Source: Croceibacterium sp. (GTDB taxonomy: Bacteria; Pseudomonadota; Alphaproteobacteria; Sphingomonadales; Sphingomonadaceae). Taken from it: DNA of 62,745 bases. The notes below the pieces were generated by a model. It saw only the letters and a program-made list of their open reading frames with translations, made no database searches and was not told the origin of the DNA. Made by a program: the position numbers and the translations under genes. Of this stretch, positions 29,424 to 38,154 are shown in pieces. Positions within the stretch are counted from its first letter, which is position 1; the number at the start of each line of letters is the position of its first letter. Where the stretch lies: assembly GCA_035494275.1 (NCBI GenBank), contig DATJHD010000334.1, forward strand, positions 1 through 62,745. The letters are read 5' to 3'.

Positions 29424-30584
29424 GTGGAAATGGAAAGTTCGCGCCCTCCTTTGTCGCACAGCGAAGCACGACGCGATTTCTTCCAGAAGACCTACGAGCG
29501 CATTGCGGAGCTCGGCAAGATCGGCGTGTGGGAGTGCGATCTTGCGACCGAGGCGCTGACCTGGACCGATACGGTCTACGACATGTTCGACCTGCCGAGG
29601 CAGTCGAGCGTCAACCGGGCGACGGTCCTGCAATGCTACGAGCCCGCCTCTCGCCGGAAGATGGAACGGCTGCGGGTCGAGGCGATCGCCCGGTGCTCGA
29701 CCTTCACCGTCGACGTGGAGATCCTGACCCCGCGCGGCAACGCGCGCTGGATCAGGATCACCGGAGACGTCGAACAGGAGGCCGGGCGGGCCGTGCGGAT
29801 CTTCGGCACCAAGCAGGACATTACGCTCGAGAAGACGGCTCAGCAGGAAGTGCTCGCGCTCCAGACGGAGCTCATCCACCTGTCCCGCGCGAGCGCCATG
29901 GACGCCATGCGATCGACGCTCGCGCACGAGCTGAACCAGCCCCTCGCGGCGATCGCGAACTACGTCTCCGCCCTGCGCAAGTTGATGGACCCGCGCTCCG
30001 CCGATCACCGAGCCGCACAAGACATCCTCGACGGCGTGGAGCGGTCGGCGCTCAAGACCGGCGAGATCATCCGCGGCGTGCGCGACATGACGAGGGGACG
30101 CCGGGCGCAGCCGGTTCCGTTCGACCTCGAAGCGGCCGTCCGCGAAGCAGGCACGATTGCCCTCGCCGGCGCGCCCCCCGGTCTCGAGGCGACCTTCGCC
30201 TGCGACGAGGGCCTCGAAGCGATGGGCGACCCCGTCCAGGTTCAGCAGGTCGTCATCAACCTGGTGCGCAACGCCCGCGACGCCCTGGCCGGGCACGACG
30301 CCGGCAAGATCCTGGTCTCGACGAGCCGGATCGACGGCGTGGCCGAAGTCTGCGTGCGCGACACCGGCCCGGGAATCGCTCCGCACCTTATGGAGACTCT
30401 GTTCGACTCGTTCGTGACCGGCAAGCCCGGCGGGACGGGCCTCGGCCTCGCCATTTGCCGCACGATCGTTGAAGCGCATTCGGGCAGGATCACGGCCGAA
30501 AATGCCAGCGAAGGGGGAGCGCTCTTCCGCTTCACGCTGCCGCTGGCGGTAGCGCGCCGGGAATCGCGCCCCCTCGAGGCCTGA
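29424..30584 (+). CDS. Cytoplasmic PAS-domain sensor histidine kinase (FixL-like kinase core)
   Basis: GVWE..WTD PAS segment, LAHELNQPL H-box, QQVVINLVRNA, DTGPG, GTGLGL; no obvious TM. Confidence 0.92.
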   Translation: MEMESSRPPLSHSEARRDFFQKTYERIAELGKIGVWECDLATEALTWTDTVYDMFDLPRQSSVNRATVLQCYEPASRRKMERLRVEAIARCSTFTVDVEILTPRGNARWIRITGDVEQEAGRAVRIFGTKQDITLEKTAQQEVLALQTELIHLSRASAMDAMRSTLAHELNQPLAAIANYVSALRKLMDPRSADHRAAQDILDGVERSALKTGEIIRGVRDMTRGRRAQPVPFDLEAAVREAGTIALAGAPPGLEATFACDEGLEAMGDPVQVQQVVINLVRNARDALAGHDAGKILVSTSRIDGVAEVCVRDTGPGIAPHLMETLFDSFVTGKPGGTGLGLAICRTIVEAHSGRITAENASEGGALFRFTLPLAVARRESRPLEA

Positions 30585-30602
30585 GGGCGTTCGCGGCTGC
30601 CC

Positions 30603-31262
30603 TCAGGAAGCCATCCACGGCTCGGGCGGAAGCAAAGCGGCCGTCGCGGCGAGCCGCACCAGGTCGGAAACGCTGCGCAGTCCCAGTTTCCGCATCGCGT
30701 TGCGCCGGTGCATCTCCACGGTGCGCACGCTCAGGCCAAGCGCATGGGCGTTGGCCTTGTTGGACAGGCCCGTGACGATCCCCTCGACGATCTGGCTCTC
30801 CCGCCTGGTTAGGCGGGCAAGCGAGGCGCGCGCCTCGTTTCTCAGGGCCGTCAGCTGGTCCTCCTGCTCGAGGATGCCGCGGGCTTGGCCGAGCGCGCCG
30901 CCGAGCGCGGCCGGCGTGAACGGCTTCTCGAGAAAATCGATCGCCCCAAGCTTCATCGCCTTTACCGCCATCGGCACGTCTCCGTGTCCTGTCATGATGA
31001 TGACCGGCCATCCGAGCCTACGGCCGGCCAGCATCTCCATCAGACTAAGGCCGTCGATGTGCGGCATCCGCACGTCGAGCAGGATCGGCCCTGGTGGCAG
31101 GCCTGCCAGGCTATCGAGAAAGTCGGCGGCGCCGGCGAACGAGCCCGCGGCAAAACCCATCGACCGCAACAGCAGCGCGAGCGAGAGGCGCATCTCGCGG
31201 TCGTCGTCGATGACATGGACGGGGGAGCTGTTTTCCAAGGGGCCTATCCGACGATTCCGCAT
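30603..31262 (-). CDS. FixJ-like response regulator
   Basis: VIDDD, LLDVRMP, TGHGDV, FLEKPF, LuxR HTH RTVEMHR; convergent with the kinase. Confidence 0.92.
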   Translation of the reverse strand: MRNRRIGPLENSSPVHVIDDDREMRLSLALLLRSMGFAAGSFAGAADFLDSLAGLPPGPILLDVRMPHIDGLSLMEMLAGRRLGWPVIIMTGHGDVPMAVKAMKLGAIDFLEKPFTPAALGGALGQARGILEQEDQLTALRNEARASLARLTRRESQIVEGIVTGLSNKANAHALGLSVRTVEMHRRNAMRKLGLRSVSDLVRLAATAALLPPEPWMAS

Positions 31263-31453
31263 GACTTTGCGAAGGATACCACGATCGGGAAAAATACCCG
31301 CACCTGCGCGCCCGGCCTGGCGCACCGCCGCCACCGCACAGCGGGATCCTGCGCGAAGCCTACGGTATTTCTGCTAGGTATTATGCCGGTGGCACCCGGC
31401 CTAGAAACGGGTCGTTGAACTTGCCGTCAACGAAATCGGGCTGGGAAGAACGC

Positions 31454-31816
31454 ATGCAGTATCTCCGACCGGGCCATGTGCAGGGCCGTTCCCCGGGCGG
31501 CGGCGACAGAGGGGGCCTCGTGGCCGAGGCCCGGGCAAGGCTGGCGAAGCTCGATGCGATCGAGCTCGGATTCCTCGCGGGAGTCGCCGCCGGCGAATCG
31601 ACACGAATGACCGCGCGGCGGTTGAGGATCGGCCTCGCGGTCGCCGAGGACCTTCGCCGGACCGTGATGGCCAAGCTCGGCGCCGTCCAGACCTGCGACG
31701 CGGTGCGCATCGCGCTTCGGGGCGGACTGGACGCCGCTTTCCCTCCCACGTGGGCGCGGAAGGCCCCTCGCCCGTTCGCGGCGCCGTCCTCGAGCATGAG
31801 TTACCGGGACAGCTGA
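31454..31816 (+). CDS. Stand-alone degenerate LuxR-type HTH protein
   Basis: ARARLAKLDAIE...AAGES..ARRL...VMAKLGA..DAVRIAL resembles the FixJ C-terminal domain; no receiver. Confidence 0.6.
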   Translation: MQYLRPGHVQGRSPGGGDRGGLVAEARARLAKLDAIELGFLAGVAAGESTRMTARRLRIGLAVAEDLRRTVMAKLGAVQTCDAVRIALRGGLDAAFPPTWARKAPRPFAAPSSSMSYRDS

Positions 31817-31862
31817 TACGGAGCGGAGGTGCAGGGCGAGGCCGATTCGATCGCGGCTGCGC

Positions 31863-32012
31863 TCTTCGGAAATAGCTTCGCCCGATCAGCGGATAGTCCG
31901 GGGAGAGGCCCCAGCTGGCAGGGTATCGGTCAATCGTGAGGCGGTGGTCGCTCAAGGCCCTCCACCGGTGTCCAGCCGCGACATCCGCTGGCTCCTGATA
32001 CGTTGATGGCAC
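31863..32012 (-). pseudogene. MucR/Ros-like regulator remnant
   Basis: HRLTIDRYPASWGLSPDYPLIGRSY resembles the MucR C-terminal T-x3-Y-x3-WGL-x2-DYP motif; N-terminal half absent, in-frame stop upstream at 32049-32051. Confidence 0.45.
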
Positions 32013-32147
32013 GGGAAGATCGCGCCCTCTGCTTTCGTTCGCGTGTCGTCAAACCGAGCCTTCAAAAGGCCCATCCTGCACGCGCCGCCGCCCGCAACGG
32101 CGAAAGGGCGCCCGCGCGGATCCGCGCCCCAAAAAATGCGTCGCCCG

Positions 32148-32456
32148 TCAGTCCTGCCATTCCGCATAGAGCGCCATGCGAACGGCATCGGCATCCCGCA
32201 CCGCCGCCAGTTTCAGCTTCATCGAACGCTTGATCGCGGCGGCATCGGCGAGGCCGATCGACAGCCGCCGGGCGAGGCCGGCCAGCGATTCCCCAGCGGC
32301 GAGGCCGAGCAGCGCCTCGCGCTCCGCCGGCGTGAGGCTTCGCACCAGGGTGAGAGCCAGCGATCTCTTGTCCAAAGGGCCGCAACCTTCTTCTCCGGGC
32401 GCAGGCGCCGGTCGGCCGCTATTGCGGCAAGGCCTTGCGGCAATCCTACCGGGCAT
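32148..32456 (-). CDS. Stand-alone degenerate LuxR-type HTH protein
   Basis: SLTPAEREALLGLAAGES..LARRL...MKLKLAA..ADAVRMALYA; start uncertain. Confidence 0.6.
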   Translation of the reverse strand: MPGRIAARPCRNSGRPAPAPGEEGCGPLDKRSLALTLVRSLTPAEREALLGLAAGESLAGLARRLSIGLADAAAIKRSMKLKLAAVRDADAVRMALYAEWQD

Positions 32457-32727
32457 GATGACGATCGGTTGTCGCAGAGTATTGAATGGCTCGTTCACCA
32501 TACGGGCGCGCCACGCGACGGGACCGCAAGCCGCCGGGCCCGGCGACGCCCCGGTGCCGGCGCAATCGGGGCGGTGCGCGCGAGACCCTACGTGGGATTG
32601 CGGATAACCACGGCAATCGAAAGGCGGCAATTCGCGCGTGATGGAGGATCGAACGATCCCGCGGCGCGTTTTCGGCGCGGGAAATTCGCGCGAGGGCGCG
32701 GGCGGGAACGCAAGGGAGTGTCGGCGC

Positions 32728-33240
32728 ATGGGCGGAAAACTCTCTCGCCGGGTGGCCACCATCCTAGTCGGCTTGTCGGCGCTTATGGCGGCGAGCCAGG
32801 TCCAAGCGGCGCAGCAGGGGTCGCTCGGCGCCGTGTCGACCGGAACGATCGGCATCACCGTCTCGATCGCCCCGCGCGCGCGGATCTCGGCACCCGACGA
32901 CGTCGTTTTCGACGCGAGCGGCCGGACGGCAGGCGCGCTCTCGCAAAGGCTGTGCCTGTCGAGCAATTCGGCGACGGGCGCGCTCGCCGTCTCGGCGATC
33001 GGCAGCGGCGAGGCGGGCGCGCTCGAGCTTTCCAACGGCGAGCATACCATCGGCTACACCGTCTCGTGGCTGACTCCCGGAGCGGCCGGCGCGAACCTCA
33101 ATGTCGCCGCGTCTCGGGCCGAGTGCGCCGGCGGAAGGGGCGCGGCCGCCCTCGTCGTCGCCCTCGACCCCGCGCATCTCGAGGAAGCGCGCGGCCGAGC
33201 CTATACCGGAACGCTTACCCTGATCGTTTCGCCGGAGTGA
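32728..33240 (+). CDS. Orphan pilin-like subunit 3
   Basis: AAGGGAG RBS; QQGSLGAVSTGTI..RARI..DVVF and YTGTLTLIVSPE are paralogous to 26071..26643. Confidence 0.8.
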   Translation: MGGKLSRRVATILVGLSALMAASQVQAAQQGSLGAVSTGTIGITVSIAPRARISAPDDVVFDASGRTAGALSQRLCLSSNSATGALAVSAIGSGEAGALELSNGEHTIGYTVSWLTPGAAGANLNVAASRAECAGGRGAAALVVALDPAHLEEARGRAYTGTLTLIVSPE

Positions 33241-33274
33241 ATGCCCGCGACGGGTGCCTGCGTGAGCGCGAAAA

Positions 33275-34046
33275 TCAAGGCGCGCGCCACAGCAGCCGCC
33301 GGTAGGCTCCGGCGGTCATCGCGCGGGCTTCGCGAACGAGGCGGCGCAAGCGCGAGCGCACCGCGTCGGAGCGGCCGTCCCAGTACAACGCGACTGCCTC
33401 GGCCCCGAAAAGAACCTTTGCGATCTCGCGCTGGCTCGCTCCGGTGTGCAGCGCGTCGCCCACGCGCAGCGTGGCGACCAGCCTCGGCATCTTGGGATCG
33501 GCCGGGAAAAGACCGGCAGGAAAGTGCCCCAGGCGGCACACGCCGAGCAGGCGCCGCAGCGTCAGCAGCCGGGGGCCGGCCGAATGGACGCCCCGCAGGA
33601 CGTAGTCGAGGACGACGGCATCGCTGCCGGACAGGCGGCCGCTCACGACGTCGAAGCGCAGGTGATGACGGCCGTCCGAGACGACCGCGTGTTCCTGGCC
33701 GTCGATGCCGGCAACGACGGTCAGCCAGGGCGCGAGCGCGTCGAGCCGGATGGCGTCGGGATCGGCCGGATCGGCCGGCATCGCGCGAACCGGCAGGATC
33801 GTCGGATCGAAGTTCGCATGCCAGACGATGCGGGCATCGGGTGCCGCGCGATTGGGGTGTTCGGCGAAAGTGAAGCCCCCAGTGGGCCGCCTCGGCCCCG
33901 CGTGTGGCGCGGCTTGCGCGGGCATGCCAGGCGACATAACCGCTGTCGCGCCTCAGCCATTCCCACATGAGCCCGGCGCGGTCGACGCTGACGAGCCGGG
34001 CGTAGGCCTCGCCATCGTGCCAGTCCGGTCGGCCCCCGGTCGTCAC
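33275..34046 (-). CDS. fseA: FseA-like transcriptional activator (DUF6499 + DUF2285) needing a +1 programmed frameshift; about 256 aa
   Basis: Frame 0 from GTG 34046: PDW...Y...LMWEWLRRD..Y...HWGLHF; +1 frame continues FAEHP...ARIVW...LRVGDALHTGASQREIA.VLFG...W...VRSRLRRLVR...GAYRRLL. Confidence 0.85.
33864..33884 (-). promoter_or_regulatory. +1 programmed ribosomal frameshift site CAC.TGG.GGG.CTT.CAC.TTT.CGC
   Basis: Fits the msi172-msi171 consensus SRV.TGG.GGN.NTN.NNN.TTT.CSY at every position; a UUU to UUC slip joins the two domains. Confidence 0.85.
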
Positions 34047-34239
34047 GTCACGCGAGTCCGCGCCAGGGCGGCGGGACCCCCTTGATTCCGGAGCCGCGCC
34101 GGATATGCTGTAGCTTATCAAGCGTTTCACTCGCCGGGGGGCGGCGTGAGGACCCGTCATCCGGCCCGAAGCAGGGGGAAAGGACGGCTGCGGGATCGAC
34201 GGCGGCTTGGGACGCCGCCCATGGCCGTGACGATGACCG

Positions 34240-34989
34240 ATGCGGCTGCACGAGCTTTCGCTGCAGTTCGCCAGCCTGGTCGAGGCGGCCGGCGATGCTG
34301 ACGAGCTGGGCAGGGTTTTGCGGGCGATCACGCGTGATCTCGGTTTCCAATATTTCGCCGTGACCCACCACGTCGACGTCCTCGCGGCCGGCCAGAGGGC
34401 GATCCGGCTGCACAACTATCCAGCCCAGTGGGCCGACTACTACGACGCGCAGGCACTCGGGGTCAGCGATCCCGTCCACCGCGCAAGCCACGTGACGAGC
34501 GTCGGCTTCCGCTGGTCGCAGATGCCACGGATGATCCCGCTGACCGCTCACGACCGGCGGATCCTCGCGCTCGGGCGCGAGCAGGGGATCGGCGACGGTT
34601 TCACCGTCCCGGCGAACGTTCCCGGCGAGGCGCACGGCTCGTGCTCGTTCGCCAGCGAAGCCGACCGGCCGATCCAGGAGGCGATGCTGCCTATCGCCCA
34701 GCTTGCCGGCGCGTTCGCGTTCGAGGCTGCCCGCCGGCTGTGGTCCGGCCGCGGCAAGCGCGACGAGGAAGCGCCGCAACTGACCGATCGGCAACGCGAC
34801 TGCGTGCTGTGGGTCGCGCGCGGCAAGGGAGATTGGGAAATCGCGCGCATTCTCGGCGTCAGCGAGGAGACCGTGGCGCGCCATATCAAGCAGGCCTGCG
34901 AACGCTACGGGGTGAACAAGCGGACATTGCTGGCGATCCGGACACTGTTCGACGGAACGCTCAGCTTCAGCGATCTCTTCCGCCGCTGA
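34240..34989 (+). CDS. luxR: LuxR-family AHL receptor
   Basis: YPAQWADYY, DP, FRW, G-x-GDG autoinducer-binding residues; C-terminal HTH GKGDWEIARILG. Confidence 0.95.
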   Translation: MRLHELSLQFASLVEAAGDADELGRVLRAITRDLGFQYFAVTHHVDVLAAGQRAIRLHNYPAQWADYYDAQALGVSDPVHRASHVTSVGFRWSQMPRMIPLTAHDRRILALGREQGIGDGFTVPANVPGEAHGSCSFASEADRPIQEAMLPIAQLAGAFAFEAARRLWSGRGKRDEEAPQLTDRQRDCVLWVARGKGDWEIARILGVSEETVARHIKQACERYGVNKRTLLAIRTLFDGTLSFSDLFRR

Positions 34990-35071
34990 ACATACCCCTT
35001 TTCGGGCATAGCCGGCGCGCGCCGGCAGCGGACATTTTCGGCCGGTCACGGTCAAAAAGGGTCCGCAAGCC

Positions 35072-35689
35072 ATGTTGCATGTCATCCGCTCGGGCAAGGC
35101 GCCGGCCAGCGACGAGGTGCTGCGCGCCATGTTCGCCGCCCGCAAATCAGTATTCGTTGACCTTCTCAGGTGGGACGTGCCGGTCGTCGACGGCCGCTAC
35201 GAGCGCGACCAGTACGACGACGAGCACGCGACGTATCTCGTCCTGGCCGACGCCGGCGGGCGGCATCTCGGCTCGGCCCGTCTGCTGCGCACCGACCGGC
35301 CGCATATCCTCGGCAGCCAATATCCCGAGCTGTGCGCCGCGGGGGTTCCGGCGGGCGCGGCCATTCGCGAGGTCACCCGGTTCTGCCTCGACCGCCGCCT
35401 GTCGGCCATGGAGCGGCGCCGGGTGCGCGACACGCTTGTGACGGCGCTTGCCGACGTTGCTCTCGAGCACGGCATCGCCGCTTACAGCGCGATCGCTGAG
35501 CTCGGCTGGTGCCGCCAGGTGGTCGACTTCGGTTGGCGCTGCCGCGAGCTTGGGCCGGCCCGGCGTTACGGCGGCGCGCTCCTCGCGGCCCTGAGGATTG
35601 ACATCGATGCCGAGACCCCCGCGCTGCTGCGCGCCGCGGGCGTGGTGCCGAACCCAGGCCTCGTGAGCGACTTGTGCGAAGCGGCTTGA
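35072..35689 (+). CDS. luxI: Acyl-homoserine lactone synthase
   Basis: RKSVFVDLLRW, ERDQYD, SARLL, EVTRF conserved LuxI residues; tandem after luxR. Confidence 0.95.
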   Translation: MLHVIRSGKAPASDEVLRAMFAARKSVFVDLLRWDVPVVDGRYERDQYDDEHATYLVLADAGGRHLGSARLLRTDRPHILGSQYPELCAAGVPAGAAIREVTRFCLDRRLSAMERRRVRDTLVTALADVALEHGIAAYSAIAELGWCRQVVDFGWRCRELGPARRYGGALLAALRIDIDAETPALLRAAGVVPNPGLVSDLCEAA

Positions 35690-35700
35690 GGACGGCAACG

Positions 35701-36579
35701 ATGGCAGAAGCACCACTTGCCCAATCCCAGGCCATCGCCGCCGAGCTGGCGGAGCGGGGCTATTGCCTCGTTAGGGATGCGCTTCCGCGATCGGTCATTG
35801 CCGCCCTCGACAGCGACCTAGCGGCCTATTTCGAGCGCACGCCGTTCGGCGAGGGTGCGTTCTACGGCAACACCACCAAGCGGTTCGGACGGCTGCTGCT
35901 GCGCTCCACCCATGTCCCGGCGCTGGTCCAGCACGCGCAGATCCTTGGCGCGGTCGAACAGGTGCTGGGGCCGTGGTGCGACTGCGTCCAGCTCAACACG
36001 ACGCAGGCGATCGCAGTCCACCCCGGCGCGCCGGCGCAACTGCCGCATCGCGACGACAACATGTGGCAGGTCGAGCGCGGCGAGGCCGAATATCTGGTCA
36101 ACGTTATGTGGCCGCTCACGAGCTTCACCGAGGATAACGGCGCGACCCGCGTTTGGCCTTGCAGCCACGGCCGGGCCGCGCTCGAGCCCGAGCCCAGCCA
36201 CGCGCCGATTGCCGCCGAAATGGAGCCGGGCTCGGCGCTGCTGTTCCTCGGCTCGACGCTTCACGGCGCTGGCGCAAACCGCAGCGACGGCGTACGCCGC
36301 GGCGTCGTCATCGGCTATTCGCTGGGCTGGCTCAAGACCTACGAGAACCAGTATCTCGCCTATCCTCCGGACATCGCGCGCGGCTTCCCGCCCGAGCTCG
36401 CCGCGCTGGTCGGCTATCGCCAGCATCGTCCCAATCTCGGCAACTTCGAGGGCCGCTGTCCGTCGGTCCTGTTCGTCCACGACCGGGACACCCCGTTCGG
36501 CGCTATCGACGCTTTGCGGCCGGACCAGCGCGAGCTCGCCGAGGCCTGGCGAAGCGAGCAGGAGTGCACCCGCCGGTGA
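35701..36579 (+). CDS. Phytanoyl-CoA dioxygenase family Fe(II)/2OG oxygenase (PhyH)
   Basis: QLPHRDD (H-x-D), NGAT..WP.SH, TLHGAGAN...R. Confidence 0.9.
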   Translation: MAEAPLAQSQAIAAELAERGYCLVRDALPRSVIAALDSDLAAYFERTPFGEGAFYGNTTKRFGRLLLRSTHVPALVQHAQILGAVEQVLGPWCDCVQLNTTQAIAVHPGAPAQLPHRDDNMWQVERGEAEYLVNVMWPLTSFTEDNGATRVWPCSHGRAALEPEPSHAPIAAEMEPGSALLFLGSTLHGAGANRSDGVRRGVVIGYSLGWLKTYENQYLAYPPDIARGFPPELAALVGYRQHRPNLGNFEGRCPSVLFVHDRDTPFGAIDALRPDQRELAEAWRSEQECTRR

Positions 36580-37202
36580 ACGCCGGCCCGACCGCCGAAC
36601 GTGTGTACGACACGCTGAAACGGGCGATGATGGAGCGTCGGTTTAGGCCGGGCGACCGCCTCGATCCAGCCATGCTCGCCGAAGACCTCAACTCGAGCAC
36701 GACACCGGTACGCGAGGCGCTCGATCGGCTGGTCGGCGAGGACCTGGTCGAGAGCCGGACCGGGAGCGGCTTTCATGTGCCCGCGATCGACGAGCCGGGG
36801 CTGAAGGACATGTATGCCTGGTGCGCCGACCTGCTGGGGCTCGCCGTGCGAGGGCGGCCACGGACGGGCAACGTTCACACCTCGCTTATCTCGGGATCCG
36901 ATGCATTCGATGGCGAGCCGTCGCTCGCGCGGCGGGTCGAGACATTATTCGCCGCGATCGGCCGCCGATCATTGAACTCCGAGCACGGCCGAGCGCTCGA
37001 GCGGATCAACGCCCGGCTTCATGCCGCGCGCCTGGTCGAACCGCTGGTAATCGAAGATGCCGACGACGAGTTCGGCGCGCTCGAAGCGGCCTGCCGGGGT
37101 GCGGGCGACAAACTGAACCTGCTTCGCCGCATAACCGCTTATCATCGTCGCCGAGTCCGTCTGTCCGCGGGCATCGTGCGCGCGCTTTATCGCGCCGACT
37201 GA
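36576..37202 (+). CDS. GntR-family transcriptional regulator
   Basis: GTG overlaps the phyH stop (GTGA); VYDTLK...PGDRL...SSTTPVREAL.RL. Confidence 0.9.
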   Translation: MNAGPTAERVYDTLKRAMMERRFRPGDRLDPAMLAEDLNSSTTPVREALDRLVGEDLVESRTGSGFHVPAIDEPGLKDMYAWCADLLGLAVRGRPRTGNVHTSLISGSDAFDGEPSLARRVETLFAAIGRRSLNSEHGRALERINARLHAARLVEPLVIEDADDEFGALEAACRGAGDKLNLLRRITAYHRRRVRLSAGIVRALYRAD

Positions 37203-37317
37203 TAGGTGCCGAATTATATTCGGCAAATACACTTGTTATAAACTTCGGACACGTGAGCGGGCGCCGTACCCTTCCTGTTGCTGCCACTATCGGCAGCGAA
37301 CCACAGGAGTACCACTC

Positions 37318-37440
37318 ATGAATCGCGAACACAGCATCTTCGTCGAACTCGACGTCGCCAGCCATGCGACGATGGGTCCCAAGGGCGAACCCCAGGACCA
37401 ATTTTCCGGCCAGGACCGGCCGGGCCTCACCGACGATTGA
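37318..37440 (+). CDS. Lasso peptide precursor A: MNREHSIFVELDVASHATM-GPKGEPQDQFSGQDRPGLTDD
   Basis: Translated by hand; CAGGAG RBS; leader VELxxAS-x-x-T(-2); core Gly1, Asp8, GLTDD tail; directly upstream of B and C. Confidence 0.93.
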   Translation: MNREHSIFVELDVASHATMGPKGEPQDQFSGQDRPGLTDD

Positions 37441-37446
37441 GACGTG

Positions 37447-37473
37447 GACGCGCGGCGCTCGCCGCCGCGCGTC
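37447..37473 (+). promoter_or_regulatory. 11-bp hairpin between lasso A and B
   Basis: GACGCGCGGCG-CTCGC-CGCCGCGCGTC, no U-tract; probable mRNA stability or stoichiometry element. Confidence 0.65.
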
Positions 37474-37491
37474 TCGCTCCGGACAGTCACC

Positions 37492-38154
37492 ATGCCCCTC
37501 GGCCTGCGCCCGGGTATCAGTTTTTGCGAGGCGAGCGGACACCTCGTCTTCCTCGATGTCGCGACGGATCGCTATTACGGCCTCGTTGCTTCGGCCGAGG
37601 CTGCATTCCGCTGCTTGCTGCGGGAATCGACCCAGAATAACCATGATGCCTGCATCGACCAGCTGCTCGAGAAACGGCTTCTTGTCGACAGGCCGGACGC
37701 GCTGCCGATCCGGCCGTGCCCGAAGACGTATACTGCCACGGCGAGCCTCCTCGATCGATGCTTGCCCACCGTTACCTTGATCGCGATTGTGCGAGCACTC
37801 GCCAGCGTGATGGCCACCCGCTTTACGCTGCGCCTTCGCGGTCTGGCAGTCGCGCTGCGCACCACCGCAGCGCGCAAGGCCCGTGTCCGCGTCCGAGCAA
37901 GCGATCCGGCGACTATCGAACGCGAGGTCGCCGCTTCCCACCTTTGTGCGCTGCTCGTCCGCTCGCACGACCAGTGTCTCGTCCGTTCGCTGGCCCTCGT
38001 GCGCCGATTGGCCGTCCGGGGCGAAAGGGCGGACCTTGTCATCGGGGTGCGGGTGCGGCCGTTCTCGGCGCATGCCTGGGTGCAAAGGGACAATCTCTTG
38101 CTCAACGACAGTTGTGACGGCGTACGTGGTTACACGCCGATCCTGATTCTCTGA
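37492..38154 (+). CDS. Lasso peptide B protein (fused RRE-like + leader peptidase)
   Basis: N-terminal LVFLDVATDRYYGL; C-terminal DQCLVRS, PFSAHAWVQ, LND (Cys-His-Asp). Confidence 0.92.
   Translation: MPLGLRPGISFCEASGHLVFLDVATDRYYGLVASAEAAFRCLLRESTQNNHDACIDQLLEKRLLVDRPDALPIRPCPKTYTATASLLDRCLPTVTLIAIVRALASVMATRFTLRLRGLAVALRTTAARKARVRVRASDPATIEREVAASHLCALLVRSHDQCLVRSLALVRRLAVRGERADLVIGVRVRPFSAHAWVQRDNLLLNDSCDGVRGYTPILIL

Noticed and set aside
33201-34415. 404-aa ORF as a stand-alone gene
   Set aside because: Only codons from about 34046 to 33867 are protein-like (the FseA N-terminus); the rest overlaps luxR or the DUF2285 frame
34992-35010. Imperfect palindrome ATACCCC-TTTT-CGGGCAT upstream of luxI as a lux box
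   Set aside because: Only 5/7 symmetric and unlike the lux/tra boxes I know; position is plausible but evidence is insufficient
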